DNA of 64,000 bases from Eledone cirrhosa (lineage: Eukaryota): assembly GCA_964016885.1 (NCBI GenBank), contig OZ024745.1:130262001-130326000 (forward strand), given 5' to 3'. Positions within the stretch are counted from its first letter, which is position 1. The number at the start of each line of letters is the position of its first letter. Positions 41,221 to 55,736 of this stretch are shown here, one piece after another. The position numbers were made by a program, and so were the translations under genes. The notes under the pieces were generated by a model. The model saw nothing but the letters and a program-made list of their open reading frames with translations, was not told where the DNA came from and searched no databases.

Positions 41221-41510
41221 GGAGGGTTTGGGCGTAGTGGTAAGGGAGTTGGACTTGCGATAATAATATCGTGTGTTTGATTCCTGGGTTGCGTGTTGTG
41301 TTCTTGAGCAAAATTTCATTTCACGTTGCTCCAGTATACTCAGCTGAAAAAGAGTACCAGCAATAGCTGGCGGTTTAACCCTACGATGGACTGGCGTCCT
41401 GTCCAGGTGGAAGTCTTGAACACTCAGTCGCTTGATGCCATGAAAACGGGATAAGCACCCGCCAAATGAGCCTACTGGCTTAAGACAGACTTTAGACTTT
41501 TAGACTTTAG
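41221..41510 (+). mobile_element. tRNA-derived SINE family B (CORE-like + V-like domains, (GACTTTA)n tail)
   Basis: A box TGGGCGTAGTGG, B box TTTGATTCC, GTGTTCTTGAGCAA and AACCCTACGATGGACTGGCGTCCTGTCCAGG. Confidence 0.8.
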
Positions 41511-42008
41511 ATAGAATGAAATTGGTTGTTTTGAAAAATTTAGATTTATCCATTCACAGTTTATAAAAGACAATGAGAGGCCATAAAAATGTGTCAGTAA
41601 GTATGAGAAAAGTCGCAAGTAGTTCTTGAATAACAGTAAATCTTATCTACATGGAAATTATGAAACGAGTGGTATACTTCAGTGTAACAGAGTCAGATTA
41701 CAAAAGGTTCAAAAAATATTTCAAGGCACTTGTCCCATGGGCCAATTTTTTTAGCAATCAACCATTAACATTCCCTGATGTGTACTTGGCTTTAATTTAT
41801 TACGGATTAAGTACGCGTGTAGCTATACCCACAATGATCAGTGACTCCATCGTAGCTCGTGACACAATCATTCTACCTTCAAAACCTTGACATTATGTGA
41901 AGTGAATTATTTCCATTTAAGAATAGAAAACTGGCTCCCATTTTTTTTTTCCATTTACCAATATACGACATCTGAACACATACACACTGACACACGCACA
42001 CTCACAGA

Positions 42009-42120
<112 letters not shown>

Positions 42121-42236
42121 CAGACACACAAACAGTCATATATATATATATATATATATATTAGGGTCAAAGTGACTTTGAGAGATATATAAATTATATC
42201 CAAATGCATAGATAAATAAACATCTATATATATCTC

Positions 42237-42374
<138 letters not shown>

Positions 42375-42394
42375 CATATATACATACTTATATT

Positions 42395-42441
<47 letters not shown>

Positions 42442-42520
42442 ATATGTGTGTGTGTGTTTAAAGTTGCGACAGTAAACAGAAAACAAACATACATATATAC
42501 ATACATACACACACACACAC

Positions 42521-42565
<45 letters not shown>

Positions 42566-42894
42566 ATATATATATATAGATATATAGATATATATTATAG
42601 AGTTACATTCTTGGGGCGATTTCCATTTTCAGATATTTCTCTATCTGTTCGTTTCGTTTGTTTAATCATTATTATTTTTTTCCTTTAAGTTTCTATATCG
42701 TTAGTTGTATTGAATTTCCCCTTCAAAGCACTTATATTTCTTTATTCTGTGTGTCATTATTGATATCTTGCTACTGTGTTCCTTATATACATTTCCTAGC
42801 TTTCTCTATTTTATATAGATTTATTTTATAATTTTCCTTGATACATTATTATTAATGTCATACATATTGTTATGATTATTATTATTGTTATTAC

Positions 42895-42971
<77 letters not shown>

Positions 42972-43000
42972 TTAATAGTAGTAGTAGTGTAGTTGTTGTT

Positions 43001-43032
<32 letters not shown>

Positions 43033-44305
43033 CGCAGTAGCAGTAGCAGTAGTAGTAGTAGTAGTAGTAGTAGCAGTAGTGGTAGTAGTAGTAGTAGTAG
43101 TAGTAGTAGCCTCCACCACCATCAACGCTACCACAAACACAACCACCACCACAGCTAGCATCAGCAGTAGCAGCACCAACAACAATACCGCCAACATCAA
43201 CAAGATCCCCACGAACCCCGCCACCACCACCACCACCCACATCAGCAGCAGCACTAACAACAACATCTCTATCAATAGCACCACCACCAACAGCAAGAAC
43301 AACAGCAGCACCACCTCCCCCAACACCATAACGACCACAGCAATACCACATTTAGCAACAATAGCAGCACAACAACCATCACGAACATCCCCACCAACAC
43401 CAGCAGCATCACCACAACACCACCACCACCACCAGCACCAACATCAACACCATCACCACCGCTATCACAACCACCACTAGCACCAACATCACCACCACCA
43501 ACACCTCCACCTTCCCCTGCAACTACCAACACCACCAACACCACAACCGCCACCATCTTCCTCCACCACCACCACCACACCACTATCTTCCAACACAACC
43601 ACCAACACCACAACCACCACTACCACTAACATCACCACCACCAACACCTCCACCTTCCCCTGCAACTACCAACACCACCAACACCACAACCGCCACCATC
43701 TTCCTCCACCACCACCACCACCACACCACTATCTTCCAACACAACCACCAACACCACAACCACCACTACCACCAACATCACCATCACCAACACCCCCACC
43801 TTCCCCTGCAACTACCAACACCACCAACACCACAACCGCCACCATCTTCCTCCACCACCACCACCACACCACTATCTTCCAACACAACCACCAACACCAC
43901 AACCACCACTACCACTAACATCACCATCACCAACACCTCCACCTTCCCCTGCAACTACCAACACCACCAACACCACAACCACCACCACCACCACCACCAC
44001 ACCACTATCTTCCAACACAGCCACCAACACCACCACCATCACCACCACAACCAACACCATCAACACCACCACCGTCACAACGACCAACACCACTATCTTC
44101 CACCTTCCCACACTTCTACCATCTTCCACCACCACCATCACTACACCACCATCACTATACCACCACTATCACCACCACAACCACCACCACCAACACCACC
44201 ACCGTCACAACGACCAACACCACTATCTTCCACCTTCCCACACAACCAACTCTATCAACACCGCTACCACCACACCACCACCTTCCACCAACAACACCAC
44301 TATCA
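42895..44305. repeat. (TAG)n grading into CAC/CAA-rich low complexity; includes four copies of an about 145-bp unit at about 43465-44030
   Basis: Recurring CCACCTTCCCCTGCAACTACC at about 145-bp spacing. Confidence 0.9.
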
Positions 44306-44784
44306 GTAGCTGTGTTCAGCGGTAGTAATAATATGACTATTTATTGTTACTTACCATATTTTTACTCTCATTTTTCTCTCAATTAGTATCGATGTAGAAT
44401 TCGTGCGTAGAACAGTTTTCAACTTGTATACGTCTTACACCTTTTCAGCGTATTTCACTATCTTCCTTACTTTCTATCTTCTATCAGTTTTATTCTTCTT
44501 TCGGCCATTTTGTTTTGATTTTTTCCCCGTTTTATATATCATCTCTTTCGTTCAGTTCCATCTTCATTCCCTTTTCATTTCTTATAAAACTCAATCACCC
44601 TTCATCAGCTACTTCACCACATGGAAAAAAGTATTTAGCCCCTTATAAACTGTGTTGCAGACGATATATTCTAGTTAATGATAACGAATGTTTACACAAT
44701 GTTCTACAAATCAGCAAGCCATTATATTTGGTTGTCACTCATTTCTGTATTATTGCTGTTGTTATTGGTGTTGTTACATTTAAT

Positions 44785-46340
44785 GAATGTTACTGTTGTT
44801 GTTGTTGTTACTGTTGTTGTTACTGCTGTTGTTACTGTTGTTGTTACTGTTGTTGTTACTGTTGTTACTGTTGTTGTTACTGTTGTTGTTACTGTTGTTG
44901 TTACTGTTGTTGTTGTTGTTGTTGCTGTTGTTGTTACTGTTGTTGTTACTGTTGTTGTTACTGTTGTTGTTACTGTTGTTACTGTTGTTGTTACTGTTGT
45001 TGTTACTGTTGTTGTTACTGTTGTTGTTACTGTTGTTGTTGTTACTGTTGTTGTTACTGTTGTTGTTACAGTTGTTGTTATTGTTGTTACTGTTGTTGTT
45101 ACTGTTGTTGTTACTGTTGTTGTTGTTGTTGTTGTTGTTACTGTTGTTGTTACAGTTGTTGTTATTGTTGTTACTGTTGTTGTTAATGGTGTTGTTACTG
45201 TTGTTAATGCTGTTGTTTCTGTTGTTGTTACAGTTGTTGTTACTGTTGTTGTTACTGTTGTTGTTACTGTTGTTGTTATTGTTGTTGTTACTGTTGCTGT
45301 TATTGTTGTTGTTACTGTTGTTGTTACTGTTGGTATTGTTTTTGTTACAGTTGTTGTTATTGTTGTTGTTACTGTTGTTGTCACTGTTGTTGTTACTGTT
45401 GTTGTTACTGTTGTTGTTACTGTTGTTGTTACTGTTGTTGTTACTGTTGTTGTTACTGCTGTTGTTATTGTTGTTGTTACTGCTTTTGTTACTGTTGTTG
45501 TTACTGTTGTTGTTACTGTTGTTGTTACTGTTGTTGTTACTGTTGTTACTGTTTTTGTTGTTACTGTTGTTGTTACTGTTGTTTTTACTGTTGTTGTTAC
45601 TGTTGTTGTTACTGTTGTTGTTACTGTTGTTGTTACTGTTGTTGTTCCTGTTGTTGTTACTGTTGTTTTTACTGTTGTTGTTACTGTTGTTGTTTCTGTT
45701 GTTGTTACTGTTGTTGTTACTGTTGTTGTTACTCTTGTTGTTATTGTTGTTGTTATTGTTGTTGTTACTGCTGTTGTTACTGTTGTTGTTACTGTTTTTG
45801 TTGTTACTGTTGTTGTTACTGTTGTTTTTACTGTTGTTGTTACTGTTGTTGTTTCTGTTGTTGTTACTGTTGTTGTTACTGTTGTTGTTACTCTTGTTGT
45901 TATTGTTGTTGTTATTGGTGTTGTTACTGCTGTTGTTACTGTTGTTGTTACTGTTGTTGTTACTGTTGTTAATGTTGTTGTTACTGCTGTTGTTATTGTT
46001 GTTGTTACTGTTGGTGTTACTGTTGTTACTGTTGGTACTGTTGTTGTTACTGTTGTTGTTACTGTTGTTACTGTTGTTGTTACTGTTGTTACTGTTGTTA
46101 CTGTTGTTACTGTTGGTACTGTTGTTGTTACTGTTGTTGTTATTGTTGTTGTTACTGTTGTTACTGTTGTTACTGTTGTTGTTACTGTTGTTACTGTTGT
46201 TGTTACTGTTGTTGTTACTGTTGTTACTGTTGTTACTATTGTTGTTACTGTTGTTGTTACTGTTGTTGTTACTGTTGTTGTTACTGTTGTTACTGTTGTT
46301 GTTACTGTTGTTGTTACTGTTGTTGTTGTTACTGTCGTTG
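44785..46340. repeat. 1.55-kb (GTT)nACT compound microsatellite, mostly a 12-bp unit
   Basis: Direct reading. Confidence 0.95.
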
Positions 46341-46595
46341 TTCTCCTTTTAATTGCTCCATATTTTGTCTGTTGGTAAATGTCTTGCTTTATTTTCTATT
46401 TTTCCTATTTCGTTTGTTTGGAAAGGGATAGCTGTTGCCGCATGGACATAATGAGATGAAGTCGAGGGCTTAGAACACTGCAATACATGGAGAGAAAGAT
46501 AGATAGATATAGAAATATATATATATATACTATATATATATGTGTATATATATATATGCGTGTGTGTGTAAGTATGTATATGAATATATATATAT

Positions 46596-46700
<105 letters not shown>

Positions 46701-46766
46701 CACACAACCACATAAATATATATGTATAGTTGTGTATCTATACATATATATATATATACAAATACA

Positions 46767-46849
<83 letters not shown>

Positions 46850-47394
46850 ATTGATGCATTTTGAATAGATAAATCTATTTATCTAGTTATACTTCTTACA
46901 TATAGGTGTTTGTGTGACTTCTTGCGTGTAGTCACATTTATTCATATCTGCATATATTTTAACTCGGAATATAACACATACACACATACCAGCATCACAC
47001 CAATGGCAAAACTGTTTACATAATTAATTTATTAATTCATTATTTAATTAATTAATTAATTAATTGCTTATTGCTATAATTAATATTTGACTGTATGAAA
47101 TGGGAAAATCGTAAATGGAAGCGTCATATATCCTAATTATTGAAAACGAATTCCTTTGTATTCACCTTCTAAATTGATGAGGCAGGCTAATGCATGCTAC
47201 TCCATTCTATTGCTATAACATGTAATATCGATTCGTAAAAATTCGTAAAAAAAATTATGAATCTACAATGAGGTTATATTTACGTTCATACATTCATAGC
47301 CAAAATAAGCTCTTTTATATATGTGATCGTATTGTATGTTTGGTTAGTCTTGGTCTCAGGTGTTGTTGGGAAAAATGATGGTATCAGTGTTATT

Positions 47395-48003
47395 AATGAG
47401 GTTGGAGTTGATTATGATGTTGTTGATGATGATCATGGTGGTGGTGTTGATGGTGGTGGTGGTTGTGGTTGTGGTGGTTGTGTCGGTGGTGGTGGTTGCG
47501 GTGGTTGTGGTGGTGGTGGTGGTGGTGGTGTCGGTGGTGGTGGTGGTGGTGGTTGTAGTGGTGGTGGCGGTGATGGTGGTGGTGTTGCTGGTGGTAGTGG
47601 TGGTGGCGGCGGTGGTAGTGGTGGTGGTGGTTGTGGCGGTTGGTGGTGGTGGTGGTGGTGGTCGTCGTTGTCGTCGTCGTGTTGCTGGTGGCGGTGGTGG
47701 TAGTGGTGGTGGTTGTGGTGGTTGGTGGTGATGGTGGTGGTGGTGGTAGCGGTGGTGCTGGTGGTGGTGGTTGTTGGTGGTGGTGGTGGTGATGGTGGTG
47801 GTGGTGGTAGTGGTGGTTGTGGTTGTGGTTGTGCTGGTGGTGGAAGTGGTGGTGGTAGTGGTGGTGATTGTGGAGCAGTAGGAGTTACCCATCTTGTTAC
47901 TAACGATAGTTGTTGTAGAAGTGGTTTAATTGATGATGGTTGTACTGGTGATGGTGTTGCTGTTGACAGTGATGGTAATTAAAGTGATAGTTGTAGTTGG
48001 TTG
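47395..48003. repeat. (GGT)n-rich low complexity
   Basis: Direct reading. Confidence 0.9.
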
Positions 48004-48169
48004 TGTGCGACTATTGATATCTAATCCAGAGCCTTTTCACTCCTACCGGAGGACCCCCCTCCCCCCGATTGGGCTCCACCGTTTTCTGTTATGGTTTTTG
48101 TCACGTCCGAGGTGTAGCCAAACTCACCACGCTTGGCCAATTGGTAAGGCTATTTAATGTATTGCTAAA

Positions 48170-48305
48170 TAAACTCATTTCCACAGCTGAGTGAACTGGG
48201 GCAGTGTTTTGCTCAAGAATACAACGCAAAGCCCGGTCTGAGAATAACATTTACAACCTGAGGATTGTAAGCTCGACGCTCTAACCACTAAGCTATTTGC
48301 TTTCA
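48170..48305 (-). mobile_element. Degenerate SINE with a CORE-like head
   Basis: TAGCTTAGTGGTTAGAGCG...GTATTCTTGAGCAAAACACT on the minus strand. Confidence 0.6.
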
Positions 48306-49245
48306 TTAATCATATAAACCTCCTTAATTCATTTAGCCTCTCACCTTAGACAGTGATATTCACATTTTTATCGTGGCTAGCCAAGAAAATACTTGCCCGA
48401 CCAACAAGATCTAAATTTGGAAGCACAGCATGGCCTGCTGAGTTCTTGACATTAGATGCAAGATCTTCCAGATCATATTCTGCTATCTTAGAATAAGAAC
48501 ACATTGGATTATGCCATCCTAGACGTACTGAATCTTAACAACAAAAATATATTACGGTTGGAATGTTTTCTTATTATAGAATTACTTGCTCAGAGTTTAC
48601 CTTTGGCTAAAGAGCAACAAAAACAGCCTTTGCTGATATCAGAATTTCGCTGTTGCTATATTTCTCAAGTGAACAAACTTTGAATTTGGTGAATACGTTT
48701 GATGTGTAGTTTATTAATCATAAAACCAAGGCAGTGAGAAAACAATAACACTGTCCTACTGGCTTTATTTCCAGTGTTCCACTGACTCATCTATCTGCTC
48801 TCAAATTTATATATTACAAACTATTCGCCAGAATTACTACTACTGTAGAAATTCATATGGAAAACATATTCATTTTTTACCCCAAAGTAGTTCCAATTAT
48901 GTAATATAAAATCAAGCCAAACAGAAATCTTGATAGCAATTTGAAATTAATATGATTCTAATGTGTGCGAAATGCACAGCATTATGCTTCTGAATTATGT
49001 CCTTACTGCAGACCTGACAACTCTCACTGTCCGAAAGGGAGATCTTTCACCCACTCTGGCGTAGATGAGAGATGTCTTCTCTTGTGAAAATGGGTATACT
49101 TTCATTATGTACAGTCTCCCCCATTTTGCCTCATTTCTCCCCGTTTTGGGGAACTTATCTTCACGGTGCTTCCCGTTGTGGTTTTTAGAGGGTTACAGGT
49201 GTGTTACTGTGTCATGAAAAGATAGATTATTATACATATTAATAA

Positions 49246-49533
49246 TTCTTCTCCTTCTTCTTGTCGTATGACATATACACAGTAGTTAGTATGACATATA
49301 CACAGTAGTTAGTATGACATATACACAGTAGTTAGTATGAGAATTAGAGACCAGTGAACCAGATCAAGGGGTTATTTGCAGCATTATGAATTGCCTCCAT
49401 GCTGCCGGGAAAACATCTCAGGGGGCAATCCCGAACAACATGTAGTACTGTCTGGTTAGGGTTCCTACAGTCACATGCTGGGCTGTCTTTCATTTCCCAT
49501 CGATGAATATGATGGGCTGTCCTGGTGCGTTAT
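49246..49533 (-). mobile_element. Vingi/Ingi-like LINE 3' fragment
   Basis: Hand translation of 49529-49344 gives RTRTAHHIHRWEMKDSPACDCRNPNQTVLHVVRDCPLRCFPGSMEAIHNAANNPLIWFTGL*. The 3' UTR has three copies of a 23-bp unit and ends CATACGACAAGAAGAAG. Confidence 0.75.
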
Positions 49534-49577
49534 AGGTAATAAATAATCACCAGGAAAAAATCAATAATATCCGTAAT

Positions 49578-49820
49578 TAAATAATTGTTTCTACTTTAGT
49601 GATTTCTAGTATAGGCAGAAGGTCAGTAATTATTGGGGTGGGGGTGTTGAAGTCGACTAAATCGACCCCAGTACGTTTCTGGTACTTTATTTTATCGACC
49701 CCGTAAGGATGAAAGGCAAAGTTAAACTCGGCGTGATTTGAACTCAGGCCGTAAAGGGAAGTTACTCTAGGTTGCAAAGGATGGTGTCCGACATTCTACC
49801 GATAGTGCCAATCCACTGCC
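49578..49820 (-). mobile_element. Family A SINE
   Basis: Consensus match. Confidence 0.8.
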
Positions 49821-50292
49821 CTTTAAATAATGATGTTGTTAATAATTTAGAATAGTGAACTTATCAGAATTCAAATTCATATAATATCTAAATATTTACA
49901 TATAGTCATATATAATTGCAAATAAATATTCCAAATCGAATGAAGATCGATATCATAATTATTTTCCAAAGCTAGGTAAACTAACACAGTGTAGAATAAA
50001 AAGGTTTACTCGAATATACATCGAATCAAAAGCAAATGAGTTGATCTCATAATGTCCCTGAATAGGCCCTTCCCAAAATGGTGAACTGATAACACACGTG
50101 CTTTTTCTCAAGAATGATTTTCTGTTTCGTCCGATTCTCGCTCTAATCTATATTTCTATTTCTTTTTTTATTTCTTATTCTTAATTCTAACGAAAGACTA
50201 GCCTCCGAAACCTTAAGACTGTTGTCTTACTATATCAAGCGTTAATCTAATATCGTTTTGTTGTGTATGTTTCCGATTACTTCTCATACACA

Positions 50293-50404
<112 letters not shown>

Positions 50405-50465
50405 AATATATATATGTGTGTGTTTATATGTGTATATATATATATTATATATTTATATATATATA

Positions 50466-50519
<54 letters not shown>

Positions 50520-51011
50520 CAAATATATATATACACACATACATATATTTGTGTGAATGTCTGTGAGCATGAACCCGTGTACGTGAGTGTATGTGCATAT
50601 ATGTGCATGTGCGTCTTTGGGCATGTGTATGTTTGTGTATGTGTGCATATGTGTGTACACATCTGTTTGTAAGATGGAGAGGTTATTAATATCCCTTCAA
50701 ATATTTACAGAGAAATGCCTGTTTGTTTACGCATACTTGAGATGGGTTTCCTTGTAAGAAATATTGGTTATAACCATCAGGACAAAATCAATAATTCCAT
50801 AATTAAATGACGATCTTGTTAAATATCATTAAGTTAGATTAAATAAGCCGTCTATTCTGATATTGAACACTTCATTGTTTATAACGTTAGCCCCTCCTCG
50901 ATCAGGACTATAAACTGGGTAATATATTACATTCATATTGTAGGATTGTATCTAACAGAAACAATAAATTTAATCTAAGTATAACGTTTAATAACATTAT
51001 AAATATAAAAA

Positions 51012-51155
51012 CGGTGAATTGGCAGTATCGGTGGAGGGTCGGACGCCATGCTTTCCACCATAGTTACGTCCCTTTACGATCTGAGTTCAAATCCCGCCGA
51101 GGTTGACTTTGCCTTTCATCCTTACGGGGTCGATAAAATAAAGTACCAGTAATAC
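51012..51155 (+). mobile_element. Family A SINE (3' truncated)
   Basis: Head, B box and core present. Confidence 0.82.
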
Positions 51156-51348
51156 ACACATATATGTGTGGGTGTGTGTGGATGTGCGTGTGCGTACGTG
51201 TGTTTGTATGTCTAGGAGTTTGTGTATGTGTATTTGAATGTGTGTGTGTGTATTTGAGTGTGTGTTTGTGCGCGCTTCGGCATGATTGCTGGCTCCATGT
51301 TGAGCAATCTCTGGTAGTTTTCCTCGCTATAGAGTTAGAAGAGACTGG

Positions 51349-51460
51349 ACAGTAATATGTTTACCCACTTTAGTCCTTACTCTACAGTAATATGTTTACC
51401 CACTTTAGTCCTTACTCTACAGTAATATGTTTACCCACTTTAGTCCTTACTGGACAGCAA
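51349..51460. repeat. 35-bp tandem repeat, three copies
   Basis: ACAGTAATATGTTTACCCACTTTAGTCCTTACTCT. Confidence 0.9.
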
Positions 51461-51934
51461 TATATTTAACATCTGATGAACGATATAGATTCCGAAACAG
51501 CGGAAGATATTGTTTTTTTATTTAGGCACTAAGCCAACAATTTTGGAGGAGGAGAATATCAATTAAATCGACCCAGTACTTTACTAGTTCTTCCTTTTAT
51601 CGACCATGTATGGATGAAAGGGGTGTAACTGTACGCTCTACTGATCTCCACCGCTCTTGAAATAGCGAAAGATATTAATATTCTTAATCATTGGAACCAT
51701 CTCAGTTGGAGTGGATATATACAAGTACAATGGCCGTTGTATTCTAGTGAGACCCACCAGGAATTTTCAGTTTGTTTTTATGGCTCTTTGTTAAGCAGAT
51801 CTACATATAATTTTCATTTATCTGCTCTTAGGATCGCTTTCGATCTGAACAACGAGAACTAGTCATGTTTATACCCATCTTCCTATTTACTCTATCTGTT
51901 TTGGTTTTATGATAAGCACGGAAGATATTATCAA

Positions 51935-51972
<38 letters not shown>

Positions 51973-51977
<5 letters not shown>

Positions 51978-52248
51978 TCTAAAGTCTGTCTTAAGCCAGA
52001 AGGCTCATTGGCCGGTGCTTATCCCCGTTTCATGGCGTGAAGCGACTGAGAGTACAAGACTCCCCCCTGGACAGGACGCCAGTCCATTGCAGGGTTAAAC
52101 CCCCAGCTATTGTTGGTACTCATTTCCAGCTGAGTAAACTGGAGCAACGTGAAATAAAGTGTCTTGCTCAAGGAAACAACACATCACCCGGTCCAAGAAC
52201 TGACAACTTGCAAGCCCAATGCTCCAACCACTACGCCGTGCGCCTTCA
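51973..52248 (-). mobile_element. SINE family B, full length
   Basis: Reverse complement of 41221-41510. Confidence 0.82.
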
Positions 52249-52249
52249 C

Positions 52250-52330
<81 letters not shown>

Positions 52331-53554
52331 GTATTATGTATGTATGCATGTATGTATATATATAGTGAAGCGCCACATTCCAGGGTATAATCGCTTCCTT
52401 TCATTTCCGTCGATAAAGCAGTTTAGAAACGCATGTTATTCATAACTGTTATTTTCCTTCATGTCTTTTCTGAAACCCCTAATTTTCTTGTATCCATTTA
52501 CAAAATGATTTCATAAATATCATTCAATGGTAGTGAAATGGTTCAGTAGAATTACTATTCTCCAAAATGCCTGTAATTCAGCAAGTTGCACTTTAGCTAT
52601 TTAAAGCTCTACGTGTGATGACTATTTGGCAAAAGTTGCTAGCAACGGAATAACGTGTTAGCCAAATAAATATTTAAATAGTTTTCATTCACATATTCTC
52701 AAGAAACTCGAGTTAAGCAGTGATATAGGAAGACTCTAGATGGGCATGTTAGAAATATCTACTAATTAGCCCTCATAACACAATATTTACGACAATGTGT
52801 TACCGTATGCTTGTAAAAAGGTTGGTATGGTAATGATTAACAGTGATAAACAGCAACAAAAACAACAGCCTCGCGCAGACCCCCTAATCATAAGTCGCTC
52901 TTATATTTTATTTACATGTTACTGATGTCTACATGCTTCATTTCAGCAGAGGAGATTTATGTGTTAGCTGGGTGTAGGTGCTGTAGTTTTTGTTTACTTT
53001 TAGATGAAGTCTAATTGAGTATTTCGGGCCGCGATCCTCCAAATTTTCTTTAAAATATTATGTATCCCATATGACATTCCACAAGAGAATTATATTTCCT
53101 TCGCTTTTTAAGACGTTAGGGCGTAATTGGAGGAGAATTTGGCGGCTATTTCTCCATGGCCGACTTAACACTTTGACTCCTCTTGCAATCACCTTAAACT
53201 CGTAATATACTCGACGTTGTTTAGATTACGAAAACTTTATATCTTTTAACGCCATAAAATTGCATCTAAGCGTCAGTTTTTAAAACCTCCTAGAGGCAAG
53301 AGATATATAGATATTTATTTACCACATGGTGGTAGGAATATTGTAGTTGTTGTTGAATATTTTTGCTAATGGAGCTACTGCTGCTGCTTTTTACATAATT
53401 TATAAATAGTATGGCTTTATTTAAATGTGGTTTTCTAGCTGTTACCAATATATAGGAATAATACTTGACGAAAGTGATGCCAATATTAAATCTATGAGAA
53501 GGGTGTCCATTTAACTAACATAATAAATACAAACTCAAAATCATGAAACTCTGT

Positions 53555-53969
53555 GTCTTGTTTTCGCACAGGACCAGCAATTTAAAGGAAAGGTGAAATT
53601 TAATTAAGTCGCCCCTAATGCATTACTGGTACTTTATTTAATCGACCCCATAAGGATGAAAGGCAAAGTTAACCTCGGCGGGATTTGAACTCAGAATGGC
53701 AAGGGCCGTAACTCTTTGCGTAAAAGCATGACTTCCGACCCTCTACCGATAATGGATTTTTATATAGGCACAAAGCCTGCAATTTTGGGGGAGGGGAAAG
53801 TAGATTAAATCGACCCCAGTGCGTGACTGGTACTTTATTTTATCGACCGCGTAAGGATGAACGCAAAGTTAACCTCCGGCGGGATTTTAACTCAGATCAT
53901 AAAGGGCCGTAACTCCATGCTGCAAAGCATGGCGTCCGACCCTCTACCGATAATGCCAATCCACCACCC

Positions 53970-54013
<44 letters not shown>

Positions 54014-54108
54014 TTTATATTTATAATTGTTTCTACTTTTGGCACAAGGCCAGCAATTAACCAGTGCATTACTGGTACTTTATTTGGATACTGCCAATCC
54101 ACCGCCCT
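53555..54108 (-). mobile_element. Cluster of family A SINEs (two long, one internally deleted)
   Basis: Consensus match. Confidence 0.82.
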
Positions 54109-54231
54109 AATAATACTAATAGTAATAACCACATTATCTTCCTAATTATCAAATATCGTCATCATCGTTGTCACCATTCGTCGCCGTCGTCCTTATTGTC
54201 ATCGGTATCATTATCTTAGTTCTTCTGCTCT

Positions 54232-54272
<41 letters not shown>

Positions 54273-54742
54273 AATCATAATCATAGTCATCATCATTATC
54301 ACCATCATTATCATCATCGTCATCATCATCACCATCACCATCATCATAACCATCACCATCATCATCCTCATCACCATCATCATCATCTCCTCTCCTCTCT
54401 TCTCATCATAATTATGATATTTCGTCGCTATCTACAACACCCCCCTTTTTATCATGACTATAAGTTTTATCATAATTGTGCAAGCAATATTTGCCTCTGC
54501 TCCATTCTTGATAAGTATTTTACGTAAATGTTATTACCTATTTATTCTCTGGGCATTGGTTATCTTGCACTGTACCTATTCCATCAGTAGTGTAGTCATT
54601 TCTTATCTTACAGTGTTTGTGTGTGTGCACGCTCTCATATATTTATGTATTCGTACGTGTGCCTGTACGTGCGAGTGTATACGTGAACTCTTACGTTTCA
54701 GCATACACCATGTTCTTACGTTTTTCTCATGTTTGCTTTATA

Positions 54743-54850
<108 letters not shown>

Positions 54851-55186
54851 TAAATTTAGCGAGAATCGCATTTCGGCGGGTAGAAATTAGCGAAATACAA
54901 CTTCCATATTGTGCAGTCAAGCGCGCCATGGATATGAAGAAGATACCAGAGCTATAAACATAAGTTAAAATGCTCATATATACTGAGACGATGGTTAAGA
55001 AGCCATTAACCACTTTAGCCAAAAAAGCGAACAAGCTAAACGGGTCAAACAAAATAAGATATGATTGAAATAGTTACCCGGACCCTCGGGGAAGATGGAG
55101 TACTCCGATATAGGGTTTCTGTAACTAAATCAATAATACTGTCTGCTTATAAAAAATAAGCTTCTGGTATAATGATCGAACAAGGC

Positions 55187-55218
<32 letters not shown>

Positions 55219-55223
55219 GTATG

Positions 55224-55286
<63 letters not shown>

Positions 55287-55493
55287 CGTTTCCGAATTTG
55301 TTTAGCAAGATTCTTTATCTGAAAACGTGTGTTGAAACCGATATTGTTATACTTTGGGAGGGTCATGTTGCCAATAAGAAACACACGCACCAGTTGTTTA
55401 ACTTAAACTTATTATAATAAATTTATAAATTTAGGAATTTATAAATTTCCGATTGGTTGGTTGGTTCCACAACCAGGTAGTTGTTTATATATT

Positions 55494-55536
55494 GTCAAAG
55501 TTCTTTCGTCACACATTCTGTGACCTCTTCAGTGAC
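55494..55536 (-). ncRNA. Minimal type I hammerhead ribozyme in PLE 3' pLTR (element sense strand)
   Basis: Reverse complement of 57493-57535. Confidence 0.7.
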
Positions 55537-55736
55537 TGGGGATTCTTTTCTTTGTGTTTGTGCCTCTCCGTTGTTCTGTCCTACGCCATTTTGTTTCTGT
55601 GTGTGTGTTGTGTGCTCAGTCTGCGCATGCGCCACATCCGGGTGTCTGTGTGTGTTTATATTCGTTTATTTATTTGTTTATTTACATGTTACAGGTTGGT
55701 TGTTTGTTCTATGTGCGTGTGTGTTTTCATTTTGTC

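Noticed and set aside
44678-46378. 566-aa Val/Thr, 521-aa poly-Leu and Thr-rich mucin-like ORFs
   Set aside because: Frames are open only because the GTT/ACT repeat lacks stops. There is no synonymous-codon variation and no recognisable domain.
51468-51512. Hammerhead CTGATGA...GAAACAGCGGA
   Set aside because: No UH after stem III and poor stem I/II pairing. At best a relic.
54168-54527. His-rich protein with a signal-like N-terminus
   Set aside because: A (CAT)n microsatellite with no supporting gene structure.
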